NCBI GenBank assembly: GCA_000934665.2
Contig: KZ538901.1
Span: forward strand, 1-41,425
Source of the DNA: Catajapyx aquilonaris
Taxonomy: Eukaryota
Length of the DNA stretch: 41,425 nt
Direction: 5' to 3'
Part shown: positions 11,601-20,600 of the stretch, one piece after another
Layout: each line of letters starts with the position of its first letter
Numbering within the stretch: position 1 is the stretch's first letter
Notes under the pieces: generated by a model
The model's database searches: none
What the model saw: only the letters and a program-made list of their open reading frames with translations
What the model was told of the DNA's origin: nothing
Translations under genes and position numbers: made by a program

Positions 11601-14600
11601 CTCCCTCCTCTCTCATGCAAAATGACAGACATACTATTCTGAAAAGAATACTTGCCACATTCCAACGGATATATCAGGAGATGTTGTAAGGTACATGTTG
11701 ATGCTCCCAGGTAGCCCTAACAAATGGGGAGAAGTAAAATCTCTTTCTGGCCACCGGCGGACTGAAAAACACAAAATAATTATTAAACTCCTTTATATTC
11801 GGATGTGGCCCTAACAAGAGAATGACCAAGGGTGGTAGCCTCTGATTTAGCTGAAACTTGCATGAGGGGTCAATCATGTGCCATGAACACAGTGGCTAAA
11901 TTCCTAAATTCCTGTTTTCAGCCATTTCCGAGATATGAGCAACAGAAGCATCTGAATTTTGGCTGCGCTTAGAGGTCAGGTGAAAAACGTGCAAGTGCAA
12001 GGAAGAGCTGGTAGTTTTTCAAGTTAGGCTGGCGATCCATGCCTTCGCTTATGTACAAAAATCAGCCAAAATATCATGTACTCCAAACTATACAAGAAAT
12101 ATTTACTTTTGCCAATTACTTAATTCCTTGTTAATATTTGACCATAAAATATCTGTAGATACTCCCGATTATCCTGGTGGGGATTATCCGTGTTTCGGGT
12201 TATCAGTGCATTGCCAAAAAATAAACTTAGAATACAAATCCCGAAAAATGTCAATATGACTCACAAACGAAGAAATATAACATACTTTTCCAGAAGGCAA
12301 ACTAAAAATCTATGGTAAGTTTTATTATTTTGATTAAACCCGATTTAAAGCAGCATGCAAGGGATTTGAACCTGGCAGAGCGGCTCCTGGCAAAATCACA
12401 AGTCTGACGCGCTACCTACTAGACTACCAGCTCTTCCTAGAACTTGCACGTTCCTCACCTGACCCCTATGCACGCAGCTAAAATTCTACTGCTTCTGTCG
12501 TTCATATCTCGGAAACAGCTGAAAATGGGAATTTAAGACTTACACCACTGTGTTTATGGCACATGATTTACTCCTCATGCAAGTTTCAACCAAATTGAAG
12601 GCTACCACCCTTGGTCATTCCCTTGTAAGTTAACTTACCAAATGGGAGAAATACCAGATTTGTCTGAAGGGATGGGAGACTGTGGAACATCAATGGAACT
12701 ACTACAAATATTATCCCAAAAGTGACAAGTCCCACTTTGATTGCCAGGATCCATCCTCTGAAAAATTAAGAATCATTAATGGAAATGCTGTTAGGTAAAC
12801 CAAAGTTAAAATTAGTATCTTGTTATAATAGTATCTAGTAGAGTCACAAAGGTAAGTGCCAAAGATCAGTTTTACAATGATACCCAATAATTTTTAATGG
12901 TGGCTATAGAGAATAATATCTGAAGTAGGGCCTTGGCCTAACAGTGAACTTACATGTCTTCCCATCAATTGCCTGATTTGTATAAATAACAAGTTAAAAT
13001 ACAAAATTTTGTCCTTTCAAAAAATGAAAATGATGTTGCATCCGGTCTTGTGTATTTCCAGATTGTCAGAAACCAGTTTGCAGACTGTTTGTATTTGTGT
13101 TGCTAAGTTTTCACGTGTTGGTACAAAGCCCTTAACTCTAGAAGCAACCTTTGCAAAGTTTTGGCCATATGGAAACCATGCACTTGCATGTAAGGGAAAT
13201 GTACAAACTTCAAATGCGAATATTTCGAAATGACAAAACGCCAAGTTACAGGGCATTGACTTTGGATGCCAGAGTACGGTATTGTCCTTGTTTAGATTAT
13301 CCTTTAAAATACCCCCAGACTACTCCTTCAAAATCAATCTATCAATCTTCTATATAAATAAAGCCGTTTGTAAGTCTGTCTGTCTGTCTCTCTGTCTGTC
13401 TGTCCGCCTGCCAACCGTCATTTGCCTGCCATCTGTGCTCCACCCCCAGGCCGATAGAGGATGGAGGTGTTGGGGGTTGACTACAGATGGCAGGCAAATG
13501 ACGGTTGCCGTTATACAGGCGGGAGAGGTTCAAGGTGTTGGAGTAGCAGGACCACAGATGGCATTGGTGGGCGGACACACAGAAAGACAGACAATTGACG
13601 GGGGTACTGGCAGGTGTTTTCCCTTCATTCATTTCTTCCCGGGCAACGCCGGGTGCCGCAGCTAGTCCCACATAATAATCAAATACCAGGTCCTGCAGCA
13701 CTTGTACAGATGTGGGTGGTATAGTGAATGGATAAGGGGAAAAGGGAAGGGTAGGGGGGGAGGGGAGGGGGGGGGGAACAATGAGTTCCTTCACAGAGCG
13801 TGCAAAAAATGGACACTTCTTCTCAAATTTAGGTATCTTGGGATAATCCAAGAAAAAATTACTTGTTGATTCTGTCAATGAAATCTTGTGACATGACTGC
13901 TGGTCTGTGCTGGCTTGAATGCTTGGGCGGGAGAGTAAGGTAACGATAAGCGTGCCATGATGCACCACCTCAACATTAGAGCATTTGCAACTGTTTTTTT
14001 TGTGTGTGTGTTTTTTTTAACTGTTGAATACAATACACAACATGGTCCCCAACATCAACCATTTCCTCCCACCTAAGCATTCAAGTTAGTGCAGACTGGT
14101 TGTGACATCATGGGAATTCAATTGCAATCATATCCCTCATGGATCAAACAAATCAACTAGAGTAAAAGGATCCATATGGTTCCCATGCTAAATCTCCCTT
14201 GATATCAGACTCAATGGGAGCAGCAAAAACTATACTGAATATGAATCTACAACAGTTACCGTATAGATTATTATGGTGAAAAAAAAAAAATCCCTAGCTT
14301 AGTGGAACATGGAAAATTTTGGCCAAGCTTAATGTCCAGTATTATTTCCTCTTTTTTTTCAAAATTTAAGAAAATGACGAAAATTCTAGAAGGGAAATGG
14401 TTGGCGGAAAATTTCTGACATAGGCAAACAAAATCTTCTCTCACTCTATGGCAAATGGCTCAATTTGGGTGGAAACTATGTTGAAAAAAGTAGGCAGTTG
14501 AAGCTTTCAGATGCACGTACATAATAATAATTACGGGAGTGCTCTGTAGTTTTTCTAATAAAAAATGGAACTGAGTTTCTGAATGAGCCTCATAATTATA

Positions 14601-17600
14601 TCCTCCTGAGACCTGGTGTCAACATATGTCGACATCAGCAAATAAATTTTATGGTGCCAACTAGTGATGCCAACAGAACTGTAATCTGTTGGTATCCCAT
14701 GATTACAATCTGGCCTCAATAGGTGTAGCCATCTAGTGTCGAATATCTGACTTGGGCCGCGAAAATGGAATCACTTATGAAAATGGCGGATTCCACTGCT
14801 GAAGCTAGGCACTCATCTGATAAGTTTTATTTTTTTACTCATATTTAGGGTGCGATTTTCGCAATGCAGTGAATGGCCTGGGATTCTCAAGGAATGTGTA
14901 TTAGGAAATACGAAAAGATGTGTCTGTGACAATCTTTGTTGCTGTAGAGAACTGGTAATTTTCTTTTCTTCCTGAGACCAAATGTCCATTTAAATGGACA
15001 TCCAAAATAATTTTTTTTAGCCGAATGGGCTATGGCATTTCTTTAAGTGCCTGTACCTGTACACTAGGGCGGCTCGAAAAACACTTTTTTTCGAAAGTTG
15101 TAGTTCGCAAGTGAAAAAAAGTTGCGTTGGGTGATCCTTTTGACAGGTAAAAAATTTGAGTCATGTGGGTTAATATCCTACGGTCCCGCCAGGGGCGTTT
15201 GTGACGCAACTTACGGGTTTTCGTTTTTTGGTGTGCGAGTACACTTATCCGGCCTAAACATGAAAAGTTGTGGCCCTCTGGGTGGGAAATGTCGTTATTT
15301 TTGCGATATCTTGCACCGTTGACGAGATATTGACCAAAACCCCAGATTCAAATTACACGGTCTTGCAAAAAAAAACACTCTTTTTCGATCTTTTGAAAGC
15401 TTTTATGTGCTTTTTATGTATTTCGGGTTGCTGAATCCGAATCCGGCAACAGATTTGCTCTATCACGTACGGTTTTAGAGATATATCGTTTTAAAACTTT
15501 GGACGGTTTACTAGGGGTCTTTCCGAATCAAGTGGGCCTAATGTTGCTAGACAGCCTCGGATCTTGGTGAAAATAATCCCAGATGTACTCGTCTATTCCT
15601 TAATGCTGCCTATAAATATTCAGCCATATTGCTCAATACTATGATGAGGGGAAAAATCGCAAACATCTGGAAATGGCTGAGAATGAGGCCTTTTTTGGAG
15701 ATTTTTTTTAGGTTAGTGCAAGTGGTCAAACCCCAATGAACATATATATCAAAAGAAAGGGAAACACCAGGACAATGCGCCTATGGAATTAGTCTTCCTC
15801 TAAACTGTAAAAACAAATTTTTAAAGCATTTCACTGGTCACTTGCTCAGTGACATGCCCAAGAATATATTGGGACCTCAACAATATTATTATAATCGACT
15901 GCCCTTGGCCGACTCCCTCTCGTACCTTTTACACTTATACAAAAACGTATATCACTGGTTCGGGCTGCCCTGCGGAGAAAACCCTTACGCAGTCCTGGAA
16001 ATACACTTCGACAACTGTGAAAAAAAACGATTCTTAATTTAAGTGTCGTGTCTCCCAAAATTTGAGTTTTCAGTACGTGATAGAGTCATTCTGACTTCAG
16101 ATCTGGATTCAGCACACCTTAATCTATATAGTCCATCTGCTTTTATCCAAAACAGAATTTTTATGCAGAACATGTTGAGGTCACAATATATTCTTGGGCA
16201 TGTGACTGAGCTAGTGACAAATGAAATGCTATAAAAATTTATTTTTACAGTTAAGAGGAAAACTAATTCCATAGGCGCATTTTCCTGGTGTTTCCCTTTC
16301 TTTTGATATATATATGTTAATTGGGGTTTGACCACTTGCACTAACCTAAAAAAATCTCCAAAAAAGGCCTCATTCTCAGCCATTTCCAGATGTTTGCGAT
16401 TTTTCCCCTCATCATAGTATTGAGCAATACGGCTGAATTTTTATAGGCAGCATTAAGGAATAGGGGAGTACATCTGGGATTATTTTCACCAAGATCCGAG
16501 GCGGTCTAGCAACATTAGGCCCACTTGATTCGGAAAGACCCCTAGTAAACCGTCCAAAGTTTTAAAACAATATATCTCTAAAACCGTACGTGATAGAGCA
16601 AATCTGTTGGCGGATTTGGATTCAGCACCCCGAAATACATAAAAAGCACATAAAAGTTTTCAAAAGATCGAAAGAGAGTGTTTTTTTTGCAGAACCGTGT
16701 AATTTGAATCTGGGGTTTTGGTCAATATCTCGTCAACGGTGCAAGATATCGCAAAAATAACGACATTTCCCACCCAATGGACCACAACTTTTCATGTTTA
16801 GGCCGGGTAAGTGTACTCGCACACCAAAAAACGAAAACCCGTAAGTTGCGTCACAAACGCCCTCTGGCGGGACCGTAGGATATTAACCCACATGACTCAA
16901 ATTTTTTACCTGTCAAAAGGATCACCCAACGCAACTTTTTTTCACTAGCGAACTACAACTTTCGAAAAAAAGTGTTTTTCGAGCCGCCCTACTGTACACC
17001 CACAAGGAAGTGTGCTTTGCACTACAGTACAGTTTTAAAATCTAGAATAGCGAGGTACCATGCTAGGGGGTAAGAAGGGAAGGAGCAAGCCCCATGCCTG
17101 GAGTGGTGGCATTCAGAAATAATTTCATTTATCTTTAATTGGAGGAATTACTACCATGAATTCCACAAATGAATTTTAAAAACATTGTTTTGAGGATAGA
17201 GCACTGTGTTAGTGATCCATTAAGTGGTATTTAAATTTTCAGCTTTCATCCATTCTGCTTTTGTAGCAGCAATTGGGTCCTAATGTTCTCATTAGTTGTT
17301 TGTCACTATTTTTGTCTAAAACTAAAAATTTTCTCGTTTCTTATTGGGAAAATGTTCAGAAAATGCATTAGGAACTGACATTGCGTCAAAAATTCTTCTT
17401 GGGTCTCAGGAGGATATTACATTACCACATTCCAAAAGTACAGTTTCCCCATCTGTTGTTTAAAAGATTTTCCACTACAATCAAAATAGCCACTTGATGA
17501 TGTACCCTATATCTTCAGCTACCATTACACACAAACCTCATGTCTATCAAGCCATTTAAATAACTATGGGACCAAAATTTTCACATCAATGCTGAGCGAT

Positions 17601-20600
17601 CTCAGAACCAAATCTTTCCTTTTGACTCTTGGATGCTCCCTATATTCTTACCTTGGAACACAGCAATACAAGTGAAGGTCACTTGGTACAAAGTAAGCCC
17701 TATGGTTCTAGAGACGGGCAATTCCACGAAAGGCGGCCATATTGTCCGTACGTAACGCAGGTTTTGCAGACATGTACTAGCGTATTTTATTGTAACAATA
17801 CCCACACATTACATGAAATGGATTAAGCATGCAGTGCATGCATCCTGGCATTGTTATAATAAAATACTCTTGTGCACGTAGGCAACACTTGCGTTACGTA
17901 CGGACGGCTGCGCCATGGAATTGCCCAGACCTAGACTGTTTTGAAAGTGCTCAGCGATGTTCCACTAGAACTGTTTGAAAGTGACCCAGGACAATGCCTG
18001 ATTGTACATGACAGTTCATACATGAGCGTTTCTCAGGGTCTCAAACAGATCAAGTGGGAGGCATCTTAGAATATCCACTGCATGATTCAGACCTTTCATC
18101 GAATTACTATCACTTGGTTTGCCAAATACAGAAAATATTTGGCAGCCGAAGGCCTATGGAGTGACCAAGACATGAAGAAATAAGTATGGCACTAAAATAA
18201 CGGTCAACATCAGCTTACCAAATCTGGCCCCATGGTTCTAAAAATGCTTCACTCTACATTGGGTTTGTGCCAAGGGGAGGGTGAAAAAATATGTTCATGA
18301 TGTGGCTATGTTAAATTTTGTGGAAAATATTTAAACAAAATTTTATGGCCAAACACATTTGGAATGTAGTAATAAAATCCGAGATCTCCTTCAGGTAAAG
18401 GTGCCTCAAGAGAAGTTAGTGTATTGTACCTTGCATGCAATTTAGCATTTTAAAATATAAATGAATGTGTCCTGGGAGGATAAAACAGACAGCAAAACAA
18501 ATGATAAATGACCCAAGTGTACTTACATTCCTGCCCACCACAAACCAACAGGTAGCAAGACCAGAAAGATGGCACCTCCCAACAGCATGTTTTAAAAAGG
18601 GCACAACAAATAAACAGGCCAAACAAAAGTAGATCCACTTCCAACACGACTAGAATCACAAACAATCAGCACCTGCAGAACAGGAGTGGATGAGAATTGC
18701 ATGCAAATCATAATTTTCAGAAGGCAGTGAAATATCAGGAGTGGTTTCAAGCAAGGCTGTTAAGACTGTATTTAAATGATCTTTGACACATGTTGTCAAT
18801 GTTGCAAAACACGCAAGACCTCATTTAAAAAAGTATAAAATAATGGTCCCTTAGGCTTAGGGAATAACCAATACAGGGAAGCATATCAGTGATAAGTGGA
18901 AGAGTCCTAGGTTCAATCCCAAGCCGGGCTTTCCCCCCTTTCATCTAATAGGAGTTGGGTTGTCTCTGGCTTCTTCTTGGGTGGGATATCTTAGACTAAC
19001 CAACTAGTGGATATAATATTATCCCTCTGCGTTGCGTGGTTGCGTAACCACAGGGTGTCAATTACGCCCATTTTCGAGCATTTTTGCTACGTTCGCAGTC
19101 ACTTTGACGGCCATATCTCCTAAAAGGTCAGGTCAAATATAATATTTGATATGTGCATTCCAAGGGGCATTTTACGCTCTATGAGATGGTCGTGTTCATT
19201 TTTAAGAAATCCAAAAATGCAAAGTCAAATATGGCGCCAGAAACTTTGATTTTGACATTGCTTATTGATGGCCCCCTACCACTTCTTTTGAATGGCACTT
19301 AAAATGACAAGGGCAATGTTTACTTCATATTTCCGAAAAATCTGGAGAACCCTTTTTCGATATTTGCCGACAATAATAACTTTTTTGGTTTCAAACGCGT
19401 CCCGTCAGTGTGGTCACCTCATTTGGTGGACCATAACTCGGAGAATCTCATGTCAAATCTTATATTTGATATGCGTATGGGAAAGGTATTTTTATGCTCC
19501 AGGAGATGGTCTTACCCAAAATTGAAAAATCCAAAAATTTTAAGTCAAAAATGGCGCCCAAAACTTTGATTTTGATATTGCTTATTAATGACCCCGTACG
19601 ATATCTTTTGGATGGCACTTAAAATGATCAGGGTCATGTTTAATTGACATTTCCGCAAAATTTGGAGAACCCTTTTTTGATATTTGCCAAATATAAAAAT
19701 ATTTTAGTTGCAAGACGTGTAGCGTAAGAGTAGTCACATCAATTAGCAATAAAATTACTCCAAATATGTTGCGTTAAATATTCATGTTGCACATCAATAG
19801 AATGCCTGATTCTAACACTACATAGAATATAATGCAAATACCGATTTCGCTATTGCCTAATAAAAATATAATCCGCATAAAGTTAAACAGGGGCTTAAAA
19901 ATGGGCGCTTCTGTTAACTTCATGCGAATTATCTTTTTAGTATGTCACTAAAATTGCTATTTATTATTACCCATGTAGAGCGCTAGAATCTGGAATTCTC
20001 ACGATCTGTAGCATGAATATTTAACCCAACACATTTGGAGTAATTTCATTACTAATATTGAGGTGACTACTCTTACGCTACACGTCTTGCAACTAAAATA
20101 TTTGTATATTTGGCAAATATCAAAAAAGGGTTCTCCAGATTTTGCGGAAATGTCAATTAAACATTACCCTGATCATTTTAAGTGCCATCTAAAAGATATC
20201 ATAAGGGGCCATCAATAAGCAATATCAAAATCAAAGTTTTGGGCGCCATCTTTGACTTTCAATTTTTAGATTTTTCAATTTTGGGTAAGATCATCTCCTG
20301 GAGCATAAAAATACCTTTCTCATACGCATATCAAATATAAGATTTGACATGAGCTTCTCCGAGTTATGGTCCACCAAATGAGGTGACCACACTGACGGGA
20401 CGCGTTTGAAACCAAAAAAGTTATTATTGTCGGCAAATATCGAAAAAGGGTTCTCCAGATTTTTCGGAAATATGAAGTAAACATTGCCCTTGTCATTTTA
20501 AGTGCCATTCAAAAGAAGTGGTAGGGGGCCATCAATAAGCAATGTCAAAATCAAAGTTTCTGGCGCCATATTTGACTTTGCATTTTTGGATTTCTTAAAA

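Noticed and set aside
18219..18300. gtaagc donor as an alternative ABHD12 5' exon
   Set aside because: Joining it to the TM exon in the required phase creates TGA.
19292..20508. Two near-identical ORFs ([10 protein letters not shown]...) on opposite strands
   Set aside because: A by-product of the palindrome, with no recognisable domain.
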